A DNA stretch of 64,000 nucleotides from a virus (Duplodnaviria; Caudoviricetes). This document shows, in pieces, positions 39,996 to 51,057 of this stretch. Position 1 is the first letter of the stretch. Each line of letters starts with the position of its first letter. The position numbers and the translations under genes are program-made. The stretch lies in the IMG/VR virus record IMGVR_UViG_3300031555_001542, positions 1 through 64,000 of that record; one strand, 5' to 3'. The notes under the pieces were generated by a model. It saw only the letters and a program-made list of their open reading frames with translations, did not search any database and had not been told where the DNA came from.

Positions 39996-40211
39996 ATGGA
40001 AAACATCAAGAAAGAATTTAAGCTAGTATTTAATAGTGGTGTTGCACGTAGACTACTAAAGATGGGTGTTAACATCGCTGATATTAAGGCAGATAGAGCA
40101 AATCCTGACAAGACTGTGTTTGTATTCAAGAGAACCCCCGAGTTCGAGACAGCATTTGCACAGATCAATAAGGAAATCGCAGAAGCTAAGGCTGCAGAAG
40201 AAGTCCTATAA
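39996..40211 (+). CDS. Small hypothetical protein
   Basis: VFNSGVARRLL..G..KTVFVFK, a common phage family. Confidence 0.7.
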   Translation: MENIKKEFKLVFNSGVARRLLKMGVNIADIKADRANPDKTVFVFKRTPEFETAFAQINKEIAEAKAAEEVL

Positions 40212-40255
40212 TGGGCTTCTTTTTTGTTTAGAAAGTAAGAAAGGAGGTAGAGTGA

Positions 40256-41446
40256 ATGGCAAGAAGTGCTGGAAAGAAAACTACTTCCACTAAAAAGACG
40301 GTTGATGAACCTATATATCTATGTCACTATTGCTTAAAAGAGAAGAAGAAATCTGAGTTTTATATGAGTACAGACCCTTTGGTTTTAAGCGGCGTTACTT
40401 CAATTTGCAAAGAGTGCACTAAGAAGATTGCATTGAATTGGGATGAGCGCAGACAGGAATACGGAACTTGCACTAAGGCTTCAATTCAAGAGGCATTAGA
40501 GCGGTTAGATAAACCATATATAGAAAGTCTATATAATTCTAGTTATCTTGAATGGGCAGATCCTAATAATAAAAAACCAAGAACTACGGTGTGGGACGCA
40601 TACATTAAGAATGTTGGTTTAAAGAATTACAAGGGTATGCGCTGGAGAGACAGTGACATATATGATGTTTATGTCGAAAAGGCAAAGCAAGCAGCAAAGA
40701 TTGAGCTTGATAAGGAAGACAAACTTCCTGATGCATATCTCCCAGAAGTTAACGATGAGTATAAAATTAATCGTAGAGATGTAATTAGAATGACAGGATA
40801 TGATCCTTTTGCTAGTTATCCAGTTGAGGAAGATAAGCCAGTGCTATATGCACAGCTAATTAGTTTTATAGATGATGAAACTAAAAATGATGGTATGAAA
40901 ATGAATGCAGTTATTCAGATTGTTAAATCATTTAATCAGATTCGTAAAATTAATGACGCAATTGATGAGCTCTCCTCCGATACTATGAAACTTAATAATA
41001 ACAACGGAACCATTAAGCAGCTTGCAGACACTGTATCTAAGCTGTTAGCTGGAGCCAATGCGCTCGCAAAAGATAATGGTATATCTGTAAACTTCAATAA
41101 CTCTAAAAGTAAAGGTCAAAATACTCTTACTGGAAAAATGAAAGAACTTGATCTTATTGGTTTTAGAGATGCAAAAATCAATATGTATGATGTTGATTAT
41201 TGCAAAGGTATGCAACAAGTCGCAGAAATCAGTTCAAAGGCACAAGTTGATCAAATTGGATTTGATGAAAATGTAATGGATGAAATTCAGAGCATTAGAC
41301 GAGAGCTTGTTGACACATTACAAAAAGAAAGAGATAAAGCAGTAGAACGTTCTAGAAGACTACTTGTTGAAAACAAAGACTTAAAAGAGTTCTTAAAAGA
41401 AAAAGGACTAATTGATGAGTTTGGGCAGGTGGTCGATAATGAATGA
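40256..41446 (+). CDS. Zn-finger protein upstream of terminase (possible terminase small subunit)
   Basis: CHYC..CKEC; overlaps the terminase start. Confidence 0.6.
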   Translation: MARSAGKKTTSTKKTVDEPIYLCHYCLKEKKKSEFYMSTDPLVLSGVTSICKECTKKIALNWDERRQEYGTCTKASIQEALERLDKPYIESLYNSSYLEWADPNNKKPRTTVWDAYIKNVGLKNYKGMRWRDSDIYDVYVEKAKQAAKIELDKEDKLPDAYLPEVNDEYKINRRDVIRMTGYDPFASYPVEEDKPVLYAQLISFIDDETKNDGMKMNAVIQIVKSFNQIRKINDAIDELSSDTMKLNNNNGTIKQLADTVSKLLAGANALAKDNGISVNFNNSKSKGQNTLTGKMKELDLIGFRDAKINMYDVDYCKGMQQVAEISSKAQVDQIGFDENVMDEIQSIRRELVDTLQKERDKAVERSRRLLVENKDLKEFLKEKGLIDEFGQVVDNE

Positions 41447-43481
41447 TTTTATTTTAACTGAAAAAGACATTATAGAAAGTTGTATTGAAGACTGTTTTGA
41501 GGGCTATAAAGAATTAGCTGGCGAACTTGAAGACGCTTTTGGTTATGGTGGAATATTTGTTAGACCAAATTTATATAACATGACAACCAAAAGATATCAA
41601 GAAAAAATGGACCTTTCTGAATTTTTACAGTGGGGGCGCAGAAATCCTTCTAGATTTATAGAAGAAGTATTCAATGTTCAGCTAATGGATTATCAAAGAT
41701 ATTTGATTGATAATTCATGGAACAAGCCTTTTGTTGTTTGGGCAATGTCAAGAAACGGAGGAAAATCTGTACTTGCTGCGTTGTTCATAATGGCAAAGAT
41801 GCTATTGATTCCTGGCTTTAAGGCTTACATATTGGCCGGTGTTGGCTCTCAGTCTATAGAGTTGTTTACCAAGATGGAGCAATTTGCTATGAAGAATATT
41901 ACTTCATTTACTAATTTAAATGATATTTTCCAGAGTAATGTTGTTAAGTCGCAGGCTAACTCTACTGGTTGGGTGCATAATCCAGCATCATATACTGTTA
42001 GAACATATGGTGGTTCTCAGTGTTTTACATTGAACGGTGCGTTTGACAATAACCGTTCAAAGCGTAGTAACCTCAATGTGTATGATGAGGCGATGAATGC
42101 CGCTGATGAGTTATTCCATACATCTGAACCATTTACCACTCAGAACTCTGAATTTAAAATGGGTAAAGATTATGATGCAGATGATGTATTGGCAGAGCCA
42201 GTACCATTCCCTAACCAATTACTATATTGCTCTTCTGCAGGAAGAACAGACCAATACTTTTTCTCAAAATATAAAGAATTTTCTATACGTATGTTTGCTG
42301 GAGATAAACGCTATTTCTGCGCAGACATTTCTTGTGATGTCATCATTAATGCTACTGTTCATAATAAATTGTGGCCAGTTCCCCTTCTAACGCAAGAGAA
42401 GGTTGATCAGGCAATGAGACAGGATAAAGAAGCAGCATTAAGAGAATATAAGAACATCTTTACATCTGAGGGCGGAGATGGTCAGATTATTAAAAGAGCT
42501 ACTATTATTAGAAACTCTGTGTCTAGACCGCCAAAGCTTACAAATGAAGATGGCAAAAGTAAATGGGCTTTATTTTATGACCCAGCAAGAAGTGCGGATA
42601 ACTCTGTAATTTTGTGCGCAGAGTATTATGAAGATCCAGTTGTTGGATGGAAAATGAAAATACAAAATGTAGTCAATCTTCTTAATGTTATGAAGAAGAA
42701 AAAGACTCCAATGACTACACCAAATCAAATTAAAGAACTTAAGAGATTGCTTCTTGAGTACAATGGACAAGGCACAGCAGACTATGAAAATATATTAGGA
42801 TTATATATTGATGCCGGTTCTGGTGGTGCGGGTGTTAATATTAGCGACTTTTTGTGGGAAGATTGGAAAGATGATAATGGTAATATGCATAGGGGCTTAA
42901 TTGACAAGGAATATAGCCCTGAAGAAGTTAGATTATATCCAAATGCAATTACGGATAAAATGCGTTTAATACAGCCATCTAAATATAAAGTTGAAATGTT
43001 CAGAGCATTAATTGAAATGATGGACATGAATTTAATTGAATGGCCAAATGAATATGATAATCGTGGTTATATCATGGTTATGTATGATTTAGATACCAAG
43101 ACTGGCGTAAAAACACCAAGATATACCGAACCTACAGAAAAAGACGTTAAGGATTTAAAGAAAAAGGGCATTGAGGTCATAAGAGAACAATATGATCTTG
43201 ATGTAAATGAAGAAGTTGCTTTAAAACAAATTGATTTGATGAAAACTGAATTAGTTAATATCTATCGTTTTAAGCAATCTTCAGGTAACGATAGATTTGA
43301 TCTTGCTCCTGATAAGGCAAATAAATTAAATGACGACCGAGCATATGTTTGTGCTATGGCAGCTTTTTTATTGCAAAAACTTCGCAGAGAGCATTTGATA
43401 ACTAGAAAAGTTGACCAAAGTGCATTAGAAGAATTTTTTGATTTTAAAAAACCAAAAGCTAGACATAGCTATTTTAACTAA
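41439..43481 (+). CDS. terL: Terminase large subunit
   Basis: Walker A SRNGGKS, Walker B NVYDEA, nuclease acidic motifs YDPAR, IDAGSGG and DDRAY. Confidence 0.9.
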   Translation: MNDFILTEKDIIESCIEDCFEGYKELAGELEDAFGYGGIFVRPNLYNMTTKRYQEKMDLSEFLQWGRRNPSRFIEEVFNVQLMDYQRYLIDNSWNKPFVVWAMSRNGGKSVLAALFIMAKMLLIPGFKAYILAGVGSQSIELFTKMEQFAMKNITSFTNLNDIFQSNVVKSQANSTGWVHNPASYTVRTYGGSQCFTLNGAFDNNRSKRSNLNVYDEAMNAADELFHTSEPFTTQNSEFKMGKDYDADDVLAEPVPFPNQLLYCSSAGRTDQYFFSKYKEFSIRMFAGDKRYFCADISCDVIINATVHNKLWPVPLLTQEKVDQAMRQDKEAALREYKNIFTSEGGDGQIIKRATIIRNSVSRPPKLTNEDGKSKWALFYDPARSADNSVILCAEYYEDPVVGWKMKIQNVVNLLNVMKKKKTPMTTPNQIKELKRLLLEYNGQGTADYENILGLYIDAGSGGAGVNISDFLWEDWKDDNGNMHRGLIDKEYSPEEVRLYPNAITDKMRLIQPSKYKVEMFRALIEMMDMNLIEWPNEYDNRGYIMVMYDLDTKTGVKTPRYTEPTEKDVKDLKKKGIEVIREQYDLDVNEEVALKQIDLMKTELVNIYRFKQSSGNDRFDLAPDKANKLNDDRAYVCAMAAFLLQKLRREHLITRKVDQSALEEFFDFKKPKARHSYFN

Positions 43482-43498
43482 GGAAGGAAGGTGAAGAA

Positions 43499-45016
43499 AT
43501 GGCTGAAAATAAAAATAAGAAATCAGAGCTTGAAAATGTTAAATTTGTTGAAAGCCTAGAGACGATGAAACAATATGCTAAGGCAGTAGAGGATGCATTA
43601 AAACTCGTTGACTTAACATCAAACTCCACAAAAGTATGGACCGTGTTTAGTAAAGAGTCGTTACGGTCATATTTGCAAAACCCATATGCTTCAAGTTCTC
43701 AGGCATCTTTAAGAAATTTAGCTAAGTTTTTATATACGCTTTCATTTCCCCTAAGAAGAATTGTTAATTATTTCGCCAGCCTTCCTGACTTTAGTGCATA
43801 TAAAATCAATTTAGATTTTAGCCTAATTGAGGACAATGACGAAGAGTCTTTGTTACAAGACTATGAGGATGCGTGCAGATTTGTGCGCAAGATGAATCTT
43901 GAACTCAATATGTTTAAACTATTGGTGACGGCGTGGCGTGAGGGTATTGTATACTTTCAACCATATCAAGATGATGATGGCACAATGTATTTAATGCCAT
44001 TAGATTCACAATATTGCAAGGTTGCGTCAGTTGGTTATAATGGACTGCTACATGTTGCGTTCGACTTTTCTTTCTTTAGAGGAACGAATGCATTTTATTT
44101 AGATGTGTGGGACAAGGAGTATAAACAGAAATATAACAAATTTGAAAGAGACTCTTCTTTAAAATGGCAAGAGCTTGATACAGCAAGAGCATTTAAGATT
44201 GATCTGGCTGATATTGATTTAGTTATTAGCCCATTTGCTTCACTGTTTGAGGGTCTTATTGATCTTATTGACTTACAGGCTTTGGTTGCTGTGAAGGATT
44301 CCTTGGATATTTATAAGTTACTAGTTATGAAGATCCCGCTGCTTAATAGTTCTAATCCAGATGACTTGGCATTGAACTTAAATCTTGCAAAAAAATTCTT
44401 TGCACTAGCGCAAGATTCTTTGCCAGAAGAAATTGGATTGATTTTGTCTCCTGGTATGGACGTCGATAGTATTTCATTCGATAAGAATGCAACATCTGAT
44501 ACTAATGCTATAGCAGATAGTTATCAGAACCTGATGGAGCAGACTGGTATTTCTCAGATTTTTGACAGTAGCCGTTTAACTGGCGCAAGCTCTGTGAAAA
44601 TGAGTATGCTTTCTGATGCTTTGATGGCCACTCGTGGTATTATGAAGCAAGTTGAGGCATTTGTCAACGAAAGAATATTGATGCAGTTCCCAAATAGTCT
44701 TGCGTATATTAAGTTTATAGATACTACAATTTATACAAAGGAAGATAGAATTAATCAGATTGAAAAAGCTGCATCATTGGGCTTGCCTGTCAAACAGGAA
44801 TATATGATGCTACTTGGGTATGATCCTCTTGAGACCATTGCATCTGATTGGCTTGAGACAAAACTTGGATTCTCTGTAACTAAATTTATACATCCGCTTG
44901 TTAGTGCTCATACACAGGCATCAGGATCTGATACTGGTGGCGCACCTACTAAAGCAGACGGAGAACTTACAGATGAAGGTGCAGAGACAAAAGAGAAAGA
45001 AAAAAATAAAAAGTAA
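43499..45016 (+). CDS. Portal protein
   Basis: 505 aa directly after terL; SPbeta-like synteny. Confidence 0.75.
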   Translation: MAENKNKKSELENVKFVESLETMKQYAKAVEDALKLVDLTSNSTKVWTVFSKESLRSYLQNPYASSSQASLRNLAKFLYTLSFPLRRIVNYFASLPDFSAYKINLDFSLIEDNDEESLLQDYEDACRFVRKMNLELNMFKLLVTAWREGIVYFQPYQDDDGTMYLMPLDSQYCKVASVGYNGLLHVAFDFSFFRGTNAFYLDVWDKEYKQKYNKFERDSSLKWQELDTARAFKIDLADIDLVISPFASLFEGLIDLIDLQALVAVKDSLDIYKLLVMKIPLLNSSNPDDLALNLNLAKKFFALAQDSLPEEIGLILSPGMDVDSISFDKNATSDTNAIADSYQNLMEQTGISQIFDSSRLTGASSVKMSMLSDALMATRGIMKQVEAFVNERILMQFPNSLAYIKFIDTTIYTKEDRINQIEKAASLGLPVKQEYMMLLGYDPLETIASDWLETKLGFSVTKFIHPLVSAHTQASGSDTGGAPTKADGELTDEGAETKEKEKNKK

Positions 45017-45023
45017 AGGGGCG

Positions 45024-45215
45024 ATGTATATGAATAGCGCAAAATTTATTGTTGTACAAGATAAAGAAGTTGCCAATAAAATGATTGAGAACGGATTTAG
45101 TCTTGTGTCTAGTATGAGTGGCATATATACATTCATGAACATGGTTCCGAAACATTTTACATTTGAAAATATCGATGTTAAGAAACTAGCGTATACGAAC
45201 ACGCTAGTTTTTTGA
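45024..45215 (+). CDS. Small hypothetical protein
   Basis: ORF with RBS between portal and scaffold genes. Confidence 0.6.
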   Translation: MYMNSAKFIVVQDKEVANKMIENGFSLVSSMSGIYTFMNMVPKHFTFENIDVKKLAYTNTLVF

Positions 45216-45259
45216 TATATAAACAGATGTCTGAAATTCTATAAGAAAGGAGGACAAAT

Positions 45260-46921
45260 ATGGATAATAAAATGTTAACTGTTGATGATTTGTATAAGTT
45301 TTTTGTTGAACAAAATAAGAATGTGAACTTTAGTGTTAAAGAAACTAAATCACCAATTGTTGTGTCTGTACCAGGCACATTCGCAAAAGAAGAAGAAGAA
45401 ATGCCTGGACTGTTAAAACTTAAGCTCAAAGTTTGTCATACTGATTTAAATCGTAATGGCTCATTTATTTCCAAAGAAAATATGGAAAAAGGTATGCCTA
45501 CTTTAAAATATAGACCAATTTTGGCATATATTCATGAACTAGAAGATGGCACTAAGGATTTCTATGCACACAATATGGAAATAGTAGAAAATGAAGATGG
45601 CGAGTCTGAAATCAATTATATTGAAAAACAGGTTGGCTGTTTTACGGCAGATGAACCATGGCTTGAATATGATGAAAAAATGGATAAGACTTATGTTATG
45701 GCATATAGTGTTATTCCAGAATCATATACGGAAGCAGCGGATATTATTCGCAGAAAAAATGGTACAAAAGTGTCATGTGAATTGGTAATAAATGAATTAT
45801 CATATAATGCAAAGGAAAAATATCTAGATCTTACAGATTTCTATTTTTCTGGTTGCACATTGTTAGGCTGTGACGAAGAAGGAAATGAAATTGGTGAGGG
45901 CATGCTTGGCGCACGAGCTGACATAACAGATTTTTGTCACAAAGAACCTATATTTACATATCAAGACAAAATGATTGAAGTGTTGGAAAAGTTAAATGTA
46001 ACTTTGTCTAATTTCAATACAAATACCACACAGAAAGGAGGAAACGAAATGAAGTTTGAAGAATTACTCTCAAAATATGGTATAACTGCTGAAGAAGTAA
46101 CTTTTGAAATCGAAGGTCTTTCTGATGAAGAACTTGAAGCAAAGTTTGTTGAAATGTTCGATAGTGATGACAACACTGATGATACCAGCACAAGCGAAGG
46201 CGAAGGAGATAATGGCGACGGCGAAGGTGATGATGCTGGCAGTGATGATACTGGAGATGATGATGGTGACGACGACGGAGATGGCGACGGCGATGATAAC
46301 GATGATGGTGATGTAGAAAAATTCACTAAAATCTTTACTGTTGAGCTAAGCCATGATGATATTCGTTATGCATTATATAATTTAATTTCTCAGTATGATG
46401 AGGAAGACGATGAATATTATGGCATCAGATCCGTATATGATAATTACTTTATTATGTATGGTTGGCGCAACAACAAGCTTTATAAGGTTGGCTATTCTGT
46501 AGATGGTGAAAATGTATCTTTGGAAGGCGAAAGACAAGAGGTTTTTGAACTGATTGTTACTGAGTCTGAAAAGATCGCTATTGAGAAGATGCGTGAAAAT
46601 TATGATTCTCTAGTAAAGTATAAGGAAGATACAGAGGCAGCAGCGCTACAGGCACAGAAGGACGCAATCTTTGCTGATGAAAAGTATAAAGATGTTGTTA
46701 ATACTAAATCTTTCCAAAAACTAATTTCTAATTCTAAGGATTATTCTGTTGAAGAGTGCACTCAGAAGGCAGATGAAATTCTAGACGACTTCAGCTCTTT
46801 TGCTGTTAATTTTGCTTCTAATGACGAAGTAAAAACTAATAAAACTATTGGTCTAAACTTTAATGCTAAGCCAAGTAAAAAGAAGTCTGCTTATGGCGGT
46901 CTTTTTGAAAAAGATGAATAA
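45260..46921 (+). CDS. Prohead protease/scaffold protein
   Basis: HTDLNRNGS..SCEL..FSGCTLLG protease-like N-domain, Gly/Asp-rich linker, helical C-terminus. Confidence 0.7.
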   Translation: MDNKMLTVDDLYKFFVEQNKNVNFSVKETKSPIVVSVPGTFAKEEEEMPGLLKLKLKVCHTDLNRNGSFISKENMEKGMPTLKYRPILAYIHELEDGTKDFYAHNMEIVENEDGESEINYIEKQVGCFTADEPWLEYDEKMDKTYVMAYSVIPESYTEAADIIRRKNGTKVSCELVINELSYNAKEKYLDLTDFYFSGCTLLGCDEEGNEIGEGMLGARADITDFCHKEPIFTYQDKMIEVLEKLNVTLSNFNTNTTQKGGNEMKFEELLSKYGITAEEVTFEIEGLSDEELEAKFVEMFDSDDNTDDTSTSEGEGDNGDGEGDDAGSDDTGDDDGDDDGDGDGDDNDDGDVEKFTKIFTVELSHDDIRYALYNLISQYDEEDDEYYGIRSVYDNYFIMYGWRNNKLYKVGYSVDGENVSLEGERQEVFELIVTESEKIAIEKMRENYDSLVKYKEDTEAAALQAQKDAIFADEKYKDVVNTKSFQKLISNSKDYSVEECTQKADEILDDFSSFAVNFASNDEVKTNKTIGLNFNAKPSKKKSAYGGLFEKDE

Positions 46922-46933
46922 TTTAAAACATTT

Positions 46934-46958
46934 GGCGGCTATTGATAGTCGTTTTTTT
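46934..46958 (+). terminator. Intrinsic terminator
   Basis: GGCGGCTAT-TG-ATAGTCGTT followed by a T run. Confidence 0.6.
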
Positions 46959-47005
46959 GTTATATAAAAAACAATTTTTAATTTAAGAAAGGAATGTATT
47001 TAATT

Positions 47006-47512
47006 ATGGCTCAGGATATGAATTTAAATGTAAGCCACATCGTGGCAGAATCCACTAACATCCTATCCACCAACTTTGGCGGCGGTCATATTTATAGCAT
47101 CACTATTGATGAAGATATGGACAATGGCCTACTAGTTTGTAAGGATGAGTACATTGGTGATGAAACTTGGTCCGCTAAGGACTATGTTGCAGGTGAGGAA
47201 CCCCTATTCCTACTAGCTCCTCCTATCGTTGCTTTTACCCAGCTAAAGGGTTATGCAGACGAGGACAGATTCTACAACAAGCAGGGTGACAGAGTTCGTG
47301 CCTACACTCTAAGAGTTGGTGACAGAGTTTCTCTATCTGAGAACGCTTTTGACACTGCTCCTGTTGAGAAGCAGTATGTTACTTATGACGCTTCCGCTAA
47401 GCAGTATGTTGTTGCTGACGCTAAGACTGAGGGTCAGTTCTGCGCTCAGGTTCTAACCAAGATTGTTCGTAGCAATCTAATCATGTACAAGCTACAGGTT
47501 GTTAGCCTGTAA
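47006..47512 (+). CDS. Capsid decoration or head protein
   Basis: Between scaffold and capsid genes; high-expression codon bias. Confidence 0.6.
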   Translation: MAQDMNLNVSHIVAESTNILSTNFGGGHIYSITIDEDMDNGLLVCKDEYIGDETWSAKDYVAGEEPLFLLAPPIVAFTQLKGYADEDRFYNKQGDRVRAYTLRVGDRVSLSENAFDTAPVEKQYVTYDASAKQYVVADAKTEGQFCAQVLTKIVRSNLIMYKLQVVSL

Positions 47513-47529
47513 TTCTAGAGAAAAGGAGG

Positions 47530-48654
47530 ATGAAAAATATGGCTAATCTAATGAATTTTGACGCACATGTTCGTGCTATTTTCGAAAATGACGAGACTAA
47601 GTTTGTTAACTTCAATAAGCTAATGGTTGATGCTTCCATCAATAATTATGAGGAAGGCATTGACGCTAAGACTGCTAATGAGAAGATTAGAAAGGTTTTC
47701 AGAGAGGCTATTGGTGTTTCTGAAAATGCTACTAAGCAGGAAATTCGTAAGGCTATTAAGAAGAGAGCTAATGCTCAGATTCTATTTGACCTAATTGAAG
47801 AGCTAGTTCCCAACCTACTAAAGAGCGGCTGGGCAGAGAACCCATTCTTCAGAGAGTTCGTTGAAGAGAGATATCTAGATGAGGGCGATGAGAACATCTT
47901 CTATTCTGAGGATAACTCCGTTCTAACTGTTTCTAAGGTTTCTGGCTCTCACTGGGATCTAGACCGTCAGAGACTAGGCAAGGGCTCCAGCTTCTCCATT
48001 GAGACTTCTGAATACGGCATTGCTGTTTACAGCGAGTACGAGAAGCTAATCTGTGGTCTAGAAGACTTTGCTACCTTTATCACCAAGATTTACGAGGCTA
48101 TTGACAGATTCGTTAACGAGGCTATTTATCAGGCTCTAATGGATGCTGCAGAGAAGCTACCTGGCGGCGCTTCTGGTGCAGGTCAGTGGGTTAAGACTGG
48201 CGCTCTAGATGAGAACTCCAGAGGCACTCTAATTCAGCTAGTTGAGGATGTTCAGATGGCTACTGGTGCTAATGAGGTTATCATCATGGGTACTAAGTCT
48301 GCTCTAACTAAGGTTACTGGTCTACAGAATGTTGACTGGATCTCCAACGAGATGAAGAACGAGCGTCATACTACTGGCAGAATGGGCATTTGGGAAGGCA
48401 TTAGACTTGTTGAAATCAAGCAGGGCTTTGCTCTAGGTGACACCACCAAGAAGCTAGTTGATGACAAGGTTCTATTCATCATGCCTGTTATGGACAACAA
48501 GTTCATCAAGCTAGTTAACCGTGGCGAGGATCAGCTAAGAGAAGTTCAGGACAAGACCCTAAATCAGGACATGACCTATGACTACAGATACATGTTCCAG
48601 ATGGGTGTTGGTGTTCTAATCAACCTAATCTTTGGCGAGTGGATCCTAGCTTAA
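47530..48654 (+). CDS. Major capsid protein
   Basis: 374 aa, synteny and extreme codon bias. Confidence 0.8.
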   Translation: MKNMANLMNFDAHVRAIFENDETKFVNFNKLMVDASINNYEEGIDAKTANEKIRKVFREAIGVSENATKQEIRKAIKKRANAQILFDLIEELVPNLLKSGWAENPFFREFVEERYLDEGDENIFYSEDNSVLTVSKVSGSHWDLDRQRLGKGSSFSIETSEYGIAVYSEYEKLICGLEDFATFITKIYEAIDRFVNEAIYQALMDAAEKLPGGASGAGQWVKTGALDENSRGTLIQLVEDVQMATGANEVIIMGTKSALTKVTGLQNVDWISNEMKNERHTTGRMGIWEGIRLVEIKQGFALGDTTKKLVDDKVLFIMPVMDNKFIKLVNRGEDQLREVQDKTLNQDMTYDYRYMFQMGVGVLINLIFGEWILA

Positions 48655-48692
48655 TTGTATTAGAAACAAAGGAATAAAAGGAGAAAAAAGTT

Positions 48693-49226
48693 ATGGCAAA
48701 AAATACAGATATTAATGAAGTTGAAGAAGTTAAGGCTGAAACGAAGAAGGAAAAGGCGACTCAGAAGAGCGCTAGAAAATATGCTCCAACAGACAGAATT
48801 CCCTGTCGTAGCCTTACATATGGTGAGCTACTTTTAACTGGTCCCAAGACCAAGCTATTGCATACTTGGGCCAATTATGGTGATGTTACTGAAATGGAGT
48901 ATCAGGATCTACAGGCTCTAAAGTCTACTAGATCTTCTTACCTATACAAGCCTAGATTTATCATTGAGGACGAGGAACTTGTTGAACAGTGGTCTGGTGA
49001 TTTTAAGAAGATGTACGACGAAATTGTTGAAATGGACGTCGAGGCTCTTTTTAGACTACCAATTGGTCAGCTAAAGGCTAAGCTAAAGAAGGCTCCTGCG
49101 GGAGTTCAGTTAGCTGTTAAGAACATGGCTGGCGAAAAGATTATGAATGGTTCACTAGATAGTATCGCAAAGATTAAGGCGATTGATGAGGTTCTTGATA
49201 CTCAGTTAATGCTATATATTAAGTAA
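48693..49226 (+). CDS. Hypothetical virion-associated protein
   Basis: Follows the capsid gene. Confidence 0.65.
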   Translation: MAKNTDINEVEEVKAETKKEKATQKSARKYAPTDRIPCRSLTYGELLLTGPKTKLLHTWANYGDVTEMEYQDLQALKSTRSSYLYKPRFIIEDEELVEQWSGDFKKMYDEIVEMDVEALFRLPIGQLKAKLKKAPAGVQLAVKNMAGEKIMNGSLDSIAKIKAIDEVLDTQLMLYIK

Positions 49227-49243
49227 TTTGGAGGTGAACCTAT

Positions 49244-49660
49244 ATGGGCACTCCATATGAAAAAGTATATGGTTATTTTCTAAATTCTACTACGGACTTT
49301 AATCTTGCGGATTTAGATGATCATACACTAAATGAAATGCTTAAAGGTTGGTTACATAGTGCAATTGTAAAGACACGCACAGCAAGTGATTTCACTCGTG
49401 ATGATGATAACGAAGTTTTTAGCAATGAGTTGAGTGATTTAGATATTGAACTTCTTGCTATGGGTATGCGCCTAGCTTGGCTAGATCAGCGCATCAATTC
49501 CACAGAATATACAAATTTATTTGTTGGTGGAAAAGAAGAAAAGTTCTATTCACCATCTTCCCAGTTGTCTGAACTTCGTGCTCTCCGTGCAGATACACTC
49601 CGAGAGATGCAACAACTTTACACATATAGCACATACAACAACAATTCTTTCTTTGACTAA
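49244..49660 (+). CDS. Putative head-tail adaptor
   Basis: Size, synteny and MGTPYEKVY start. Confidence 0.55.
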   Translation: MGTPYEKVYGYFLNSTTDFNLADLDDHTLNEMLKGWLHSAIVKTRTASDFTRDDDNEVFSNELSDLDIELLAMGMRLAWLDQRINSTEYTNLFVGGKEEKFYSPSSQLSELRALRADTLREMQQLYTYSTYNNNSFFD

Positions 49661-49673
49661 GGAGGCGTTTCCG

Positions 49674-49979
49674 ATGAATATTTATAAAGAAACTACTCCT
49701 AGTCAAATTGCTGCAGAGAAGACATATATTCGCTCTGCAATTTTTAAGCTTCTGCCATATAAAGAAGAGTCTTACGAATATTTAAATGAATATTTTGGCT
49801 CAGTGCTACAACTACTTCAAGGTTTCAATAAGGTTTCTGGCAACCAGCCGGAGATGGTCAGTATTATTAGTAAGATTGCATATGCACGTGATGTTGAAGA
49901 TTTTAGTGAATATCGTAAGGCTATTCTTGATGCCTGTGGGCTGGTAGAGCGAATCAAGGAGAGTGATCCTAATGCTTGA
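49674..49979 (+). CDS. Hypothetical protein
   Basis: AAGGAGG RBS; IFKLLPYKEE. Confidence 0.65.
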   Translation: MNIYKETTPSQIAAEKTYIRSAIFKLLPYKEESYEYLNEYFGSVLQLLQGFNKVSGNQPEMVSIISKIAYARDVEDFSEYRKAILDACGLVERIKESDPNA

Positions 49980-51057
49980 TTCATTTAGACTTCGCATGGC
50001 TGCGCTTGGTGGCTATGAAGGTGAAGCTAGGCGTAGGAATGCTCAAAATATTATGGATGCATCTTGGATGCGAGATCCAGCTACAAAACTCGTTTATGTT
50101 AAATGGGTTGATAGTGGTCTTCCTTTAATTGATGATGATGATATTCCAGTTTACGCTAAATATAACGTAAAGTCTTATCACAATATTACAGGAGATGCGG
50201 TTTCATATTTATTGCAATTTAGATTAGAAGATATAAGAGCCAATCCTAATATTAGGGTTGGTTCTTATGTTCAAATTATGAATGAAATGGATGAGCCTGA
50301 ATGGTGGTTGATTGTTCATTATGACGATAGACTACAATTCAGACAATTTTCAATTTTGAAATGTACATGGACTTATAAATGGGTTTCTAGAGTTAGTGGC
50401 AAGCGTATTGTGTATCAGTGTCTTGGTGCACCTCGTAAACAGAACTCTTACAACAGTGGTGTTTGGTTAGACTATGTAACTCAGACTGTTGAAAACCAGG
50501 AAGTTTTATGGCTACCAACAAATAATGATACTAAAACTATTGTTTATGATACTAAATTTTTGAAGTCTTCAGAAGGTAGATATCCTCCTATTAAGTGGAC
50601 AATCACTAAAATAGAAGATACTGCAATTGATGGAATTTCAAAATTTACTTTGGCGCAGGATTTCTTTGATCCAGCCAAGGATAATGTTGAATTGATGATA
50701 GCTAATTATTATGATTCTTATGTTGAGCCAGAGGTTCCCGAACTTGAAGAAACTCCAACTGTAAATGCTTTAGATATTGTCTATTCTGGTTCTCCTGCTG
50801 TTCGTGCAGGCGGTGGATATAAAAAATTCACTCTTAAGGAACGTGTAAATGGAGAATTGGTTAATGTAACAGATGACGTTGAGTGGAGTATAGAGTTTCC
50901 TGATGGAGATCTAGAAAAGCTTGAATACTCTGTAAAAGATAATATATTTAAAGTAAAATGTTTGCCATTTTATGATTTAGTAGGTAAAACATTTACCATT
51001 ATTGCGGAAAGTAAACATAGCTCAAAATCCCTGGTTGTGGAGGTGATTAGTCTATGA
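49972..51057 (+). CDS. Putative head-closure/neck protein with Ig-like C-terminus
   Basis: Synteny; beta-rich sequence. Confidence 0.55.
   Translation: MLDSFRLRMAALGGYEGEARRRNAQNIMDASWMRDPATKLVYVKWVDSGLPLIDDDDIPVYAKYNVKSYHNITGDAVSYLLQFRLEDIRANPNIRVGSYVQIMNEMDEPEWWLIVHYDDRLQFRQFSILKCTWTYKWVSRVSGKRIVYQCLGAPRKQNSYNSGVWLDYVTQTVENQEVLWLPTNNDTKTIVYDTKFLKSSEGRYPPIKWTITKIEDTAIDGISKFTLAQDFFDPAKDNVELMIANYYDSYVEPEVPELEETPTVNALDIVYSGSPAVRAGGGYKKFTLKERVNGELVNVTDDVEWSIEFPDGDLEKLEYSVKDNIFKVKCLPFYDLVGKTFTIIAESKHSSKSLVVEVISL

Noticed and set aside
46160-46315. GAT/GGC-rich low-complexity repeat
   Set aside because: It simply encodes the Gly/Asp linker of the scaffold protein
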